Positions 18,897 to 28,957 of a DNA stretch of 64,000 nucleotides are shown here, piece by piece (position 1 is the first letter of the stretch; every line of letters begins with the position of its first letter). This DNA is from Spirochaetia bacterium (GTDB taxonomy: Bacteria > Spirochaetota > Spirochaetia > SZUA-6 > Bin103). Where the stretch lies: assembly GCA_965203905.1 (NCBI GenBank), contig CBDBDQ010000005.1, positions 3,360,001 to 3,424,000 of the forward strand, in the 5' to 3' direction. The position numbers and the translations under genes were made by a program. The notes beneath the pieces are model-generated. The model saw only the letters and a program-made list of their open reading frames with translations. It had not been told where the DNA came from and made no database searches.

Positions 18897-20864
18897 ATGT
18901 TGAGGCGATATCTGACAGTTACGTTGGCCGTGGCAATGGCCTTGGTCATTCCGATGGCGGTCATGGCCGCCGGAGAAGGGGAACAGGCGGCAGGCGACAG
19001 TTCCGCGACGATGGACGCCGCGCCGAGCGAGTACAACGAGGCGCCCATGCTGGCGGCGATGGTGGCTGCCGGCGAGCTCCCACCGGTGGATCAGCGCATC
19101 GGCAACAATCCCCTGGTGACTCCGGTGGTTGAGGCGATCGGCCGTTACGGCGGCGAGTGGTTCCGGGTGTACACCGGGGCAGCCGACATCTACTGCAACG
19201 CCAGCAAGGTCAACGGCTGGGGGCCCTGGCGCTTCAGCCTGGACGGCGAGAGCGTGACCGAGTACTTCCTGGAATCCTGGAGCGTCAGCGACGACGGCAA
19301 GACGTGGACCGTGACGCTGCGCGACGGCATCATGTGGTCCGACGGCACGCCCGTCACCACCGAGGATGCCCGGTTCGCGATCGAGGATTGGTATACCCAC
19401 GAGCTGACGCTGGGAGCCGGCAAGATCCAGGCCCCACGCTGGCTGCGAGGTCCGTCCACCACGCCGGCGGAACTGCAGATCGTCGACGACAGCACGTTCC
19501 GGCTGGTTTACGACAAGGCGTACTATTACTTGCCCCGCCAATCCAGCGGTGGCTGTCCCGGGGGCACCTGGGAGATGATCGCGCCCGCCCACTTCATGAA
19601 GCAGTTCCACGTCGCGCACAACGCCGACGCCGCCAAGGCGGCCACGGAGGCCGGCTTCGAAGACTGGGTCGCGTACTACAACCAGGACCGGGCTCGGCTC
19701 AGCCGCAATCCCGACAGACCTACGATCACGCCGTGGGTGTACATGAGCCTCCCCGGTGACCAGGTCTATCGCCTGGAGCGGAATCCCTACTACTTCAGCG
19801 TCGACCCCGCGGGCAACCAGCTCCCGTATATCGACACCGTCGCGATGGAGTTGGTGAGCGATCGCGAGGTCCTGAACCTGAAGCTGATGCAGGGCGAGAT
19901 AGACTTCCAGCACCGCCACGTGCGCTTCGGCAACTTCCCGGTGCTCAAGGACAACGAGCAGAAGAGCGACTACCGGGTCGTGGAAGGCCCCACCGCCACC
20001 TACGGGGACTACGTGGCCATCAACCAGACCTACGACGGACCCGACGAAGACCGTGCCCTGCTGCACAACTATGACTTCCGGCTGGCGGTGGCGACGGCCA
20101 TCAACCGGGAACGGATCAACGAGGTGATCACCCTCGGCGAGGGGAACCCGAACCGCTACTTCCTGCCGCCGCAAGGTCACGCCTACCACCCGGGCGACGA
20201 GTACGAGACGCTGCCTTACAGCTATGACCCGGCCGAGGCCAACCGGATCCTGGACACGATCATGCCCGACAAGGACTCCGAGGGCTTCCGCCTGCGTCCC
20301 GACGGCGCGCCGTTCACCCTGCTGATGACCCACTGGCTCAACGATCCGGAGGCGCTGCGCATGGAGTTGATCGCCGACGACCTGGCCCAGGTGGGTCTCC
20401 GCGTCAAGTACGACCTGCTGGAGCGCTCGCTGTCCGTGACCAAGCTCACGGCCAACGAGTACATGATGCACGTCGGCTACTTCAACATCGACGAGGGAGA
20501 CTTCCTGGTCGCGCACTGGATCGCGCCGGTGGTCGGTCCGCATACGCCTCTGTACGCGCCGGGATGGACCGCCTGGGTGCTCGATAACAGCAAGGGCGAG
20601 GAGCCGCCCGCGGACGTGATGAGCATCCTCGTGGAGCCGTTCCTGAGGGGCCCGGGCCTTACCCCGGACGAAGGTGCCGAGGTGATGCGGAACGCATTCC
20701 TGTGGCACTACGAAAACCTGGTGCTGATACCGGTCAACGGGTCCAGACCCGGCCTGACCATCGCCAGCAACAGATTGGGCAACGTGCCCTCGGGCGCCTT
20801 CTCCACGCACGCCACCGGCAGTCCCTACAATCACTTCCCCGACCAGTACTACTTCAAGAATTAG
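18897..20864 (+). CDS. Family-5 ABC solute-binding protein
   Basis: Signal peptide; YNEAPMLA...GELPPVDQR, GRYGG, WSDGTPVTTED, RNPYYFSVDPAGNQLPYID; SD AAGGAGGAG. Confidence 0.93.
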   Translation: MLRRYLTVTLAVAMALVIPMAVMAAGEGEQAAGDSSATMDAAPSEYNEAPMLAAMVAAGELPPVDQRIGNNPLVTPVVEAIGRYGGEWFRVYTGAADIYCNASKVNGWGPWRFSLDGESVTEYFLESWSVSDDGKTWTVTLRDGIMWSDGTPVTTEDARFAIEDWYTHELTLGAGKIQAPRWLRGPSTTPAELQIVDDSTFRLVYDKAYYYLPRQSSGGCPGGTWEMIAPAHFMKQFHVAHNADAAKAATEAGFEDWVAYYNQDRARLSRNPDRPTITPWVYMSLPGDQVYRLERNPYYFSVDPAGNQLPYIDTVAMELVSDREVLNLKLMQGEIDFQHRHVRFGNFPVLKDNEQKSDYRVVEGPTATYGDYVAINQTYDGPDEDRALLHNYDFRLAVATAINRERINEVITLGEGNPNRYFLPPQGHAYHPGDEYETLPYSYDPAEANRILDTIMPDKDSEGFRLRPDGAPFTLLMTHWLNDPEALRMELIADDLAQVGLRVKYDLLERSLSVTKLTANEYMMHVGYFNIDEGDFLVAHWIAPVVGPHTPLYAPGWTAWVLDNSKGEEPPADVMSILVEPFLRGPGLTPDEGAEVMRNAFLWHYENLVLIPVNGSRPGLTIASNRLGNVPSGAFSTHATGSPYNHFPDQYYFKN

Positions 20865-20890
20865 TAGCGCGGCCTAGGGAAGACGCGTTT

Positions 20891-20936
20891 CGCGGCGTCG
20901 CGGTGCCCCCGCTCCAGGGGGTGTCGCGGCGCTGCG
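20891..20936 (+). terminator. Long GC hairpin after the SBP gene (mRNA stabiliser or partial terminator)
   Basis: CGCGGCGTCGCGGTGCCCCC pairs with GGGGGTGTCGCGGCGCTGCG using G-U pairs; no U-tract. Confidence 0.5.
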
Positions 20937-21024
20937 GGGCAGTAGGCAACCGAGCGCATGGGACTCGCGCGCTGGATCCGATTCTCGGACCGGCAACGGC
21001 TTCCATGCGCACCGAGGAGGGGAG

Positions 21025-22011
21025 ATGACAACCTTTCTGCTTCGTCGGACCTTCAGCATGCTCATGGTTCTGGTGCTGCTGACGTTCCTCATTTTCGGCA
21101 TCGTGCAAGCGCCGCCCGGGGACTACGTGGACACCTACATCGCGGCCCTGCAGGCGCGCGGCGATCTTGCCACGCCCGAGGACCTGGAGGCGATCAGGAA
21201 GACCCTGGGCCTGGAAGCGAGCATGCCGGAGCAGTACGTGCGCTGGATCACCCGCCTCCTGAAGGGAGACCTGGGGTTCTCCCTGGAGAACCGGCGGCCG
21301 GTGATCGACCTGGTGCGTGACCGGCTGCCGCTCACGGCGATGCTGGCGGTGGCGACGCTGCTGTTCACCTGGACCCTGGCCATCCCCATCGGCATCATCT
21401 CCGCGGTGAAGCAGTACTCCATCACCGATCACGTGTTCACGTTCCTCTCCTATCTCGGCATCGGCACCCCCAACTTCCTGCTCGCGCTGGTGCTGATGTG
21501 GATTGCGTTCGTCTACTTCGGCTGGAACGTGGGCGGCCTGTTCTCGCGGGAGTTCCTGGACGCGCCCTGGAGCTGGGCCAGGTTCGTGGACCTGATGAAG
21601 CATCTCTGGATTCCGGTCATCGTGATCGGTACCGACGGCATGGCCGGGCTGGTGCGCGTGATGCGGGCCAACCTGCTCGACGAGCTGGCCAAGCCCTACG
21701 TGGTGACCGCCAGGACCAAGGGTCTCTCGGAGTGGAGAATCATCGCCAAGTACCCGGTGCGACTGGCCATCAACCCGTTCATCAGCGTCGTCGGCTGGAG
21801 CCTGCCACGGCTGATGTCGGCCGGACTCATCGTCTCGGTGGTGCTGAGCCTTCCGACCCTGGATCCGCTGCTGCTGGAGGCGTTGTTTGCCCAGGACTAC
21901 CTGTTCGCGGGAACCATCCTGATGATCATCTCGGTGCTCACCGTGGTCGGGACCTTCGTCTCCGATATCCTCCTGGCGATCGCGGACCCCAGGATCAGGA
22001 TCGAGGCCTAA
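21025..22011 (+). CDS. DppB/OppB-type ABC permease
   Basis: PPGD, GDLGFS, TPNF, YVVTARTKGL, DPRIR. Confidence 0.93.
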   Translation: MTTFLLRRTFSMLMVLVLLTFLIFGIVQAPPGDYVDTYIAALQARGDLATPEDLEAIRKTLGLEASMPEQYVRWITRLLKGDLGFSLENRRPVIDLVRDRLPLTAMLAVATLLFTWTLAIPIGIISAVKQYSITDHVFTFLSYLGIGTPNFLLALVLMWIAFVYFGWNVGGLFSREFLDAPWSWARFVDLMKHLWIPVIVIGTDGMAGLVRVMRANLLDELAKPYVVTARTKGLSEWRIIAKYPVRLAINPFISVVGWSLPRLMSAGLIVSVVLSLPTLDPLLLEALFAQDYLFAGTILMIISVLTVVGTFVSDILLAIADPRIRIEA

Positions 22012-22015
22012 GGGC

Positions 22016-23197
22016 GTGGCGGAACGGGCGCGGCAGGACAGCCTGGCGGTTGCCGAGGCGGGCGAGAGCCTGCTGGCGGCGCAGACCCTGGCAGAGGAGC
22101 TGGAGGCTTCCGAGGCCGACGAGAGCTTCATGCTCGCCGGCCAGTGGCAGCTCATCTGGTGGCGGTTCAAGAAGCATCGCCTGGCGCTGGTCACTACCGT
22201 GATTCTGGGGTTCTTCTACTTCGTGGCCGTGTTCGCCGAGTTCCTGGCTCCCATGAACCCCTACACCGCCGATCACCTGCGGGTCTTCGCACCCCCGCAG
22301 CGCATCCACTTCGACGGGCTCCAGCCCTTCGTCTACGGCATCACGCAGGAGCGGAATCGCGTTACCCGCCGGCTGGAGCACGTGGAGGATCGCAACGTCA
22401 GGTACAATCTCCACTTGTTTGCGCGCGGCTTCGACTACAAGCTGCTGGGGCTGTTCCGCAGCAACCTGCACCTGTTCGGAACCGACACGCCGGACGCGGT
22501 GTTCAACATTCTGGGAGCCGACCGGCTGGGACGCGACTTCCTCTCGCGGCTGATCTACTCGTTCCGCATCTCGCTGTCGATCGGCCTGGTGGGGGTGGCC
22601 ATCTCCCTGGTCCTGGGTGTGCTGCTGGGTGGCGCGTCGGCCTACGGCGGTCCCTGGGTCGACTCCATCATCCAGCGCGTGATCGAGTTGCTCAGGAGCA
22701 TACCCACGCTGCCGTTGTGGCTCTCCCTGGGCGCCGCCGTGCCGCCGGCGTGGGGCATGCTGCAGGTGTACTTTGCGATCACCGTCATCCTCTCCTTCAT
22801 CGGCTGGACCACCGTGGCCCGGCAGGTGCGCGGCAAGTTCCTGGTGCTGCGGGAAGAGGACTTCGTGGTGGCGGCCAGGCTGGCCGGAACCGGGCCCATG
22901 AAGGTGATCGTGCGGCACATGGTGCCTTCGTTCATGAGCCATATCATCGCGGTGACGACGCTGGCGATTCCCGGCATGATCCTCGCCGAGACGGCGCTCA
23001 GCTTCCTGGGGCTGGGGCTGAGGCCGCCGGCGATCAGCCTGGGGGTGATGCTGAAGGACGCTCAGAACGTGTTGACGCTGGCCGACGCCCCCTGGCTGCT
23101 GCTGCCGGGGGCGGCGGTTCTCGTCATCGTGCTGGCGTTCAACTTCCTCGGCGACGGCCTGCGGGACGCCGCCGACCCGTATTCGATCAAACGCTGA
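22016..23197 (+). CDS. DppC/OppC-type ABC permease
   Basis: RFKKHRLA, LGADRLGRD, EDFVVAARLAG, ETALSFLGLG, GDGLRDAADP. Confidence 0.93.
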   Translation: MAERARQDSLAVAEAGESLLAAQTLAEELEASEADESFMLAGQWQLIWWRFKKHRLALVTTVILGFFYFVAVFAEFLAPMNPYTADHLRVFAPPQRIHFDGLQPFVYGITQERNRVTRRLEHVEDRNVRYNLHLFARGFDYKLLGLFRSNLHLFGTDTPDAVFNILGADRLGRDFLSRLIYSFRISLSIGLVGVAISLVLGVLLGGASAYGGPWVDSIIQRVIELLRSIPTLPLWLSLGAAVPPAWGMLQVYFAITVILSFIGWTTVARQVRGKFLVLREEDFVVAARLAGTGPMKVIVRHMVPSFMSHIIAVTTLAIPGMILAETALSFLGLGLRPPAISLGVMLKDAQNVLTLADAPWLLLPGAAVLVIVLAFNFLGDGLRDAADPYSIKR

Positions 23198-23211
23198 TTC
23201 GGAGGCAAACG

Positions 23212-24345
23212 ATGCCCAAGCCCAAGCAAGTGATCTGGCAGGTGGAGGCGATTCCGCGCGGCACCGACCCCCTCATGGGGGCGGAGATCGTGCAGCTCAC
23301 CAGCGCCCCGGTGATCACCCACGACATCTACCTGGAGCAGATCTACGCGTCCAACGACGGTAGCCGCATCGGCCTGTTCCGCTCCTACTTTCCCGACCTG
23401 CGGCGGCTCCCGGAAATGTGGGTGTGCGACCTGGAGACCAGGCAGACCACCTGCATCGGCGAGGCCTCCGACAGCTCCGTCGCCAGCAACCGGTTCCTGG
23501 ATACCTTGTACTACATCCGGCCGGTGAGCGGAGAGCGACCGGGCCCGGGCGCAGAGCACTCCCTGGTACGGTTGAACCTGAAGACGCTGGAGCGGGAGGA
23601 CGTGTTCACGTTCAGTGACTGTCCGTTGCCGCGCAGCGGCGCGATCTCGGCCGACGAGCGCTACTACGTGGGCGGGCTGCGCATCGAGGGGACCATGTGG
23701 GGGCTGTACCGCATCGACCTCTCGCGGGGAACCTGGGAGGTGTTCCACGAGCACCAGGACATCCTCAATCCGCACCTGCAGTTCCAGCCCACCCCGGGCA
23801 ACACGCTGCTGGTGCAGTGGAACCGGGGCGGGATCGTGGACGAGGACAACAACATCATCCAACTGGTGGGGGAGGAGGGGGCCAGCCTCTACCTGGTGGA
23901 CGTGGATGGCGGCAACTACCGGCGGCTACCGGTGGGCAAGCCGCACACCACCCCGGTAACGGGCCACGAGTGCTGGATCGGGAAGGAACAGCGCATCCTG
24001 CTGACTTCGCGCGGGGGCTACGTCTACACCGCGGCGGGCGGTGACGAGCAGGCGTCCCTGGTGTGCCAGGTGCCCGGCTACAACCACATCTCCTCATCGG
24101 TGGACGGCCGCTTCTTCACGGTGGACGACTTCCGCAACGGCCGCCTCTACGTGGGCAGCCTGCAGAGCAACCGGGTGCTGCCGATCTGCGACTCCGGCAC
24201 CAGTTGCGGCCGCCCGCAATACACCCACGCGCACCCGTACCTGACTCCCGACAACCGGCACGTGATCTACAACTCCGACCGGACCGGCATCTGCCAGGTG
24301 TACGCCGCCGTCGTACCCGACGGTTTCCTGGACCAGCTCCTCTGA
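23212..24345 (+). CDS. Oligogalacturonate-lyase-like beta-propeller
   Basis: DPLMGAEIVQLT, PHLQFQP, GHECW, HAHPYLTPDNRHVIYNSDRTG; ATG after GGAGG. Confidence 0.75.
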   Translation: MPKPKQVIWQVEAIPRGTDPLMGAEIVQLTSAPVITHDIYLEQIYASNDGSRIGLFRSYFPDLRRLPEMWVCDLETRQTTCIGEASDSSVASNRFLDTLYYIRPVSGERPGPGAEHSLVRLNLKTLEREDVFTFSDCPLPRSGAISADERYYVGGLRIEGTMWGLYRIDLSRGTWEVFHEHQDILNPHLQFQPTPGNTLLVQWNRGGIVDEDNNIIQLVGEEGASLYLVDVDGGNYRRLPVGKPHTTPVTGHECWIGKEQRILLTSRGGYVYTAAGGDEQASLVCQVPGYNHISSSVDGRFFTVDDFRNGRLYVGSLQSNRVLPICDSGTSCGRPQYTHAHPYLTPDNRHVIYNSDRTGICQVYAAVVPDGFLDQLL

Positions 24346-24371
24346 ACCCGACACCGCAACGCCCGGATCCC

Positions 24372-26315
24372 GTGGTCGAGCAGCGGGCGCCCGACCCTGA
24401 CTTCCCCGCGGCCAGCTTCCGCCTGCAGCGGCCGCTGCGTGCCGGAACGCTGGTGCGGATCCGCGCCGGCGGCACCCTGCTGCTGTCCAGCGTGCGCGTC
24501 ACCGCGGTGCGCGCCGCTGGCGGCGACCCGCTGCCGTTCGCCCACCGCTACGAGCGCGCGGAGATGGAGCGCCGCTGGCGCTGGTACATCACGACCATGA
24601 CGATGGCGGTGGTGCGCCTGCCGCGCGACCTGCCGGCGGGCGCGGTGTTGGCGGTTGAGGCGGAGTACCAGGAGCGCAGGATGCGTGGCGAGCGGGCCAC
24701 CGGCCGGCCGTCGCCGCAGCACTCGCGCGACCGCTACAGCGGGCTGTCGTGGTGGCTGCAGGCGCTGGCGATCGCCGACGTCGACGCGGAGCGGGGAGAG
24801 CCGGTGGCGGCTCCGTTCGAGGTGCGCTTCGTGGCCGGGGCGCCGGAGCGCCTGGCGGCCTACCTGCGCCACGACGGGCGCCTGCTGGTGCAGCACTTCG
24901 ACCGGGCCGGCAACCCGGCGGCGGCCTCCGGCGAGGTCGTGGCGGCGGCCGCGGATGGCCGGCGCGGCGCGGTGCCCGTAACCGAGGGAGCGGCCGCGAC
25001 CTCCGTCGCGCTGTCGGCGCAGGCCCCCTCGGCGTCGGCTACGGCTGCCGCGGCGCCAAGCCGGGACGATGCGACCGGGGCCGGATCCGGGGGCGCGCCG
25101 GAGCTCCTCGCGGGGCGTATCGAGGTGCGGGACGGTGCCGGGCGCAGCGCGCTCAGCAATGCGCCGCCGCTGGCCCTGGACGGGACGCCGATCTTCTTCG
25201 GCGAATTCCACTGGCACACTGATTTCAGCGGCGACGGCCAGCGCCCCACCGCCGATGCCCTGCGCAGCGCGCGTGACGAGCTGGCGCTCGACTTCGCGGG
25301 TCCCGCCGACCACCTGTCCCCCGGCGCCACCTACCGCGGCACCGGTGCGGCGGGAAACGTCACCCGCACCGTGGCCGAGCAGGCCGCCCGGTGCCGGCCG
25401 TTCGAGGAGCCGGGGCGGTTCTGCGCGGTGCCGGCCGCGGAGCTGAGCCGGCGCTACGGCCACGCCAACATCTACACCGACAGTTGGGACCTGCTGCTGG
25501 AGGTCACCGGGCGCTTCGCCGCCGAGCTGGCGCCGGCCTGGGAACGGCAGCCCGACCGGTACGACCTGGCCTCGCTGGTGCGCCTGTGCCCACCAGGGCG
25601 TGCCCTGGTAGTGCCGCACCACTCCAACATGGACTCCTTCGTGCGCGAAGGCGTGGTGCGCGAGGACGGGCGGCCGGCGTGGTGCGCCATGCACTGGCCA
25701 CAGCCGGCCAACCGCGACGTGGTGCGGCTGGTGGAGATGGTGCAGACCCGCGGCTGCTTCGAGGCCGAGGAGACCGACGCGCGCTGGCGCATCTGGGACG
25801 GCGGGCTGGGCGGCAGCGTGCGCACGGCACTGGCGCGCGGCTACCGGCTCGGCTTCGTCGGCGGCACCGACAACCACAGCGGCTGGCCGACGCGCAAGGG
25901 CGACGGCTTTTGCGGCCTCACCGCGATACAGGCACCGGAGCTGGCCTGGGGCGAGCTGTTCCGCGCCCTGCACGCGCGGCGCTGCTACGCCACCACCGGC
26001 GCCCGCATCGTCGCCGACGTCACCCTGAACGGCGCCCCCATGGGCAGCGAGCTCCGGCTGCAGCCGGGTGCCGAGCGCCGCCTGCGGGTGCGGATCCGCG
26101 GCACCGCTCCGCTGGAGTGCGTGCAGGTGATCCACTGCGGCCACCTGCTGGCCGAGTTGCCGGTGGCCGCCGACAGCCCTGACCTCGATGCCGAGTGGGT
26201 CGACGAGCGGCCTGGCCGGCCGCTGGAGGACGTCTACTACTACGTACGCGCCCGCCAGCAGGACGGCGAGTGCCTGTGGACCTCGCCGTTCTGGATCGAC
26301 CTGCCGCAAGACTGA
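24372..26315 (+). CDS. PHP-fold metallohydrolase, DUF3604-like (start uncertain)
   Basis: FFGEFHWHTDFSGDG, VPHH, GFVGGTDNH, RRCYATTGARI, YYYVRARQ...WTSPFWI. Confidence 0.75.
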   Translation: MVEQRAPDPDFPAASFRLQRPLRAGTLVRIRAGGTLLLSSVRVTAVRAAGGDPLPFAHRYERAEMERRWRWYITTMTMAVVRLPRDLPAGAVLAVEAEYQERRMRGERATGRPSPQHSRDRYSGLSWWLQALAIADVDAERGEPVAAPFEVRFVAGAPERLAAYLRHDGRLLVQHFDRAGNPAAASGEVVAAAADGRRGAVPVTEGAAATSVALSAQAPSASATAAAAPSRDDATGAGSGGAPELLAGRIEVRDGAGRSALSNAPPLALDGTPIFFGEFHWHTDFSGDGQRPTADALRSARDELALDFAGPADHLSPGATYRGTGAAGNVTRTVAEQAARCRPFEEPGRFCAVPAAELSRRYGHANIYTDSWDLLLEVTGRFAAELAPAWERQPDRYDLASLVRLCPPGRALVVPHHSNMDSFVREGVVREDGRPAWCAMHWPQPANRDVVRLVEMVQTRGCFEAEETDARWRIWDGGLGGSVRTALARGYRLGFVGGTDNHSGWPTRKGDGFCGLTAIQAPELAWGELFRALHARRCYATTGARIVADVTLNGAPMGSELRLQPGAERRLRVRIRGTAPLECVQVIHCGHLLAELPVAADSPDLDAEWVDERPGRPLEDVYYYVRARQQDGECLWTSPFWIDLPQD

Positions 26316-26389
26316 GCCGGCGCCGCGGCCGGAGCGGCGGTTGCGGCTGGCAGCGGCGCGTGTGGCCGTGCCATACTGCGGGTACGCAG

Positions 26390-26611
26390 ATGAACTTCAA
26401 CCTGATCCTCGGCGGATTCATGGTCGTGTACGGAGTCGTGACCTTCTGCATCCGGACCTTCGCCCGCAACCGTTCGTGGAAGCTGGAGATCATGCAGAAG
26501 AAGTGGGGCGAGCAGCGCGGGCTGCTGATCCACGTCGTCTCCTACACCGTGTTTCCCATCGTCCTGGGCGCTATCCTCATCATCCGCGGTCTCGCCGCGC
26601 CCGCCGGATAG
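26390..26611 (+). CDS. Small two-TM membrane protein
   Basis: 73 aa; two hydrophobic stretches flank KLEIMQKKWGE; host-like codon usage. Confidence 0.65.
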   Translation: MNFNLILGGFMVVYGVVTFCIRTFARNRSWKLEIMQKKWGEQRGLLIHVVSYTVFPIVLGAILIIRGLAAPAG

Positions 26612-26633
26612 CTCGAAAGTTTCCGCTGTCCAC

Positions 26634-27779
26634 TCAGGACGATCCGCCCGCGGAGGCGCTTTTTTCGCTCGCGGCGAGCCGTCGGGCCAGGGGGTGGCCG
26701 CGCTCGGCCAGCGGCAGGGTGGCACGGGCGCCGGTGAAGTGGGACTCGTACACCGCGCTGACGCACTCCAGCGAGTTGGCGGCGCCGGCACCGCCCAGCT
26801 CCGGCTGCCGCCCCTCGACCAGCGCCTGCAGCATGTCGCGCACGCTCCAGATGGAAGGGTGACCGCGCCAGGCCCGGCCTTCGATGAGATATGCTTGCTC
26901 CGGAATCTCGACCCGCTCCCAGGTCGGGGTGTGGGCCGCGAACGACACGTCGCCCGGGCAGTACCACAGCTCGTAGTCGGAGCTCTGTGGACTGCCCTTG
27001 ATCATCAGTTGCCCGCTATCCCCCAGCAGGTGCGGCCCGGCGATCCAACTGTCGCGGGTAGCGCGCTCGTACAGCTCCACCAACCCCGACGCGCCGCGGC
27101 TGCCGCCGAGTTGGATCAGCATGGTGTCGCCGGCCACCATGCCGTTGTCGCGCGGGTCGGTGGTGCACAGCTCGCTGCTGTGCATGATGTCGCCCGCCTC
27201 CGCCTCACGGCCGCGAAAGGTCACCCGCGCGTGGACCCAGTCGATGCCGTCCAGGTAGAAGGCCAGCTCGTCGAAGTAGTGGACGCCCATCTCCATCAGC
27301 TCGAAGCCGGCGGGTCGGCCCTTGCCCACCTCGCGCACGCAGCGCAGCGTGCCGATGCGGCCCTCCGCCACCAGCCGTTTGGCGGTACGTAACGCCGGCG
27401 TGAAGCGGAACTGGTGGCTCACGGCGAGCTGCACGCCGGCGGCGCCGCAGTGCGCCACCATGCGGTCGGCGCTCTCCAGGTCGAGCGCCAGCGGCTTCTC
27501 GCACAGGACGTGAACACCGGCGTCGGCCGCGGCACAGGCGACGTCGGCGTGCAGTGGGGCGTGGGTGCAGACGCTGACCACGTCGAGCCGTTCGCGGGCG
27601 AACATCTCACGGTAGTCGGCATAGCGTCCGGGGACCTTGAACTCGTCGGCTCGCGTCTGCAGGCGCTCGGGGTCGACGTCGCATAGCGCGACCAGGCTGG
27701 CGGCGTCCAGGTGGGCGTAGGCGGTGGCGTGGCTGCGGCTGATGCCGCCGCAACCGACGATTCCGGCGCGTAGTGGCAT
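26634..27779 (-). CDS. Gfo/Idh/MocA oxidoreductase
   Basis: GIVGCGGIS, HVLCEKP. Confidence 0.9.
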   Translation of the reverse strand: MPLRAGIVGCGGISRSHATAYAHLDAASLVALCDVDPERLQTRADEFKVPGRYADYREMFARERLDVVSVCTHAPLHADVACAAADAGVHVLCEKPLALDLESADRMVAHCGAAGVQLAVSHQFRFTPALRTAKRLVAEGRIGTLRCVREVGKGRPAGFELMEMGVHYFDELAFYLDGIDWVHARVTFRGREAEAGDIMHSSELCTTDPRDNGMVAGDTMLIQLGGSRGASGLVELYERATRDSWIAGPHLLGDSGQLMIKGSPQSSDYELWYCPGDVSFAAHTPTWERVEIPEQAYLIEGRAWRGHPSIWSVRDMLQALVEGRQPELGGAGAANSLECVSAVYESHFTGARATLPLAERGHPLARRLAASEKSASAGGSS

Positions 27780-27858
27780 GGGACCTCCGGCTGGCCTATC
27801 TTACTACGTATGCTGGCACACCTGTTGCAAGCGGCCGGCCGGTCCCGGTGGAGCCGCC

Positions 27859-28947
27859 GTGGCTGAGGCCCGCTACCGGGCAACGGCGATCGGCCACACT
27901 GGCCGCGGCGGATTCGGCCACGGCCTGCACCGAGCATTCCGCGGCGTGCCGCGGGTGGAGATGGCGGCGGTGGCCGATCCCGACGCCGAGGGACGGGCGC
28001 GCGCCCAGGCCGAGGCCGGCGCCGCGCGTGGCTACGCGGACTACCGTGACATGCTGGAGCGGGAGCGGCCCGACCTGGTCAGCGTGGGTCCGCGCTGGCT
28101 CGATCAGCGCCTGGAGATGGTGCTGGCGTGCATCGACGCCGGCTGTCACGTGTACTGCGAGAAGCCGTTCGCGATCAGCCTGGAGGACGGCGACCGCATG
28201 GTGGCCGCGGCCGACGCGGCGGGGCTCAAGATCGCGGTGGGCCACTTCCACGGCGCCTATCTCCCCGGCATCGACCGTCTCAAGCGCCTGATTGACGGGG
28301 GGCGCATCGGCCGGCTGCTGGAGCTGCACGCCCACGGCAAGCACGACCACCGCGGCGGCGGCGAGGACATGATGGACCTGGGCATCCACCTGTTCAACCT
28401 GATGCAGTACCTCGCCGGCGAGGTGGCGTGGATCTCGGCGCACGTGACGGTGGCAGGGCGCGACATCACCCCGCGGGACGTGCACGAGGCCACCGAACCG
28501 CTGGGACCGGTCGCCGGCGACCACGTCCACAGTTACTTCGCCTTCCACGGCGGGCCCATCGGACTGTTCGATTCGCGCCGCGACAGCGTCGGCGTGAACG
28601 AGCGCTACGGGATGGAGATCGTCGGCAGCCAGGGCATCGTGTCGCTACGCGGTGGCAGCGTTACGGAGGGGCTGATGATCTATCCCCATCCGCTGTGGGC
28701 CCCGGCGCGGCGCGAGCAGCGCTGGCAGCCGCTGGAGCTGGAGGGAGTGCCGCCCCACGACGGCCACTACCTGGCGGTGACCGATCTGGTCGCCGCCATC
28801 GGGGAAGGGCGCGAGCCGATCTGCAGCGGCCGCGACGGGGTCAAGGCGCTGGAGATGGTGCTGGGCGCCTACCGCTCCCAGATCGCGGGCGCCCGCGTGG
28901 CGCTGCCGCTGGCGGAGCGGCGCCATCCGCTGGAGGTGTGGCGCTGA
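27859..28947 (+). CDS. Gfo/Idh/MocA oxidoreductase
   Basis: IGHTGRGGFGHG, HVYCEKP, DHRGGGEDMMDLGIH. Confidence 0.9.
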   Translation: MAEARYRATAIGHTGRGGFGHGLHRAFRGVPRVEMAAVADPDAEGRARAQAEAGAARGYADYRDMLERERPDLVSVGPRWLDQRLEMVLACIDAGCHVYCEKPFAISLEDGDRMVAAADAAGLKIAVGHFHGAYLPGIDRLKRLIDGGRIGRLLELHAHGKHDHRGGGEDMMDLGIHLFNLMQYLAGEVAWISAHVTVAGRDITPRDVHEATEPLGPVAGDHVHSYFAFHGGPIGLFDSRRDSVGVNERYGMEIVGSQGIVSLRGGSVTEGLMIYPHPLWAPARREQRWQPLELEGVPPHDGHYLAVTDLVAAIGEGREPICSGRDGVKALEMVLGAYRSQIAGARVALPLAERRHPLEVWR

Positions 28948-28957
28948 CCGCGCCGGC

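Noticed and set aside
22144-23211. Long N-terminal extensions in the ORF track suggesting fusions (also 10818, 24063, 35675-37357, 51984, 56073-58298)
   Set aside because: Extensions overlap neighbouring real genes in other frames; internal starts with SD or coupling explain the true proteins.
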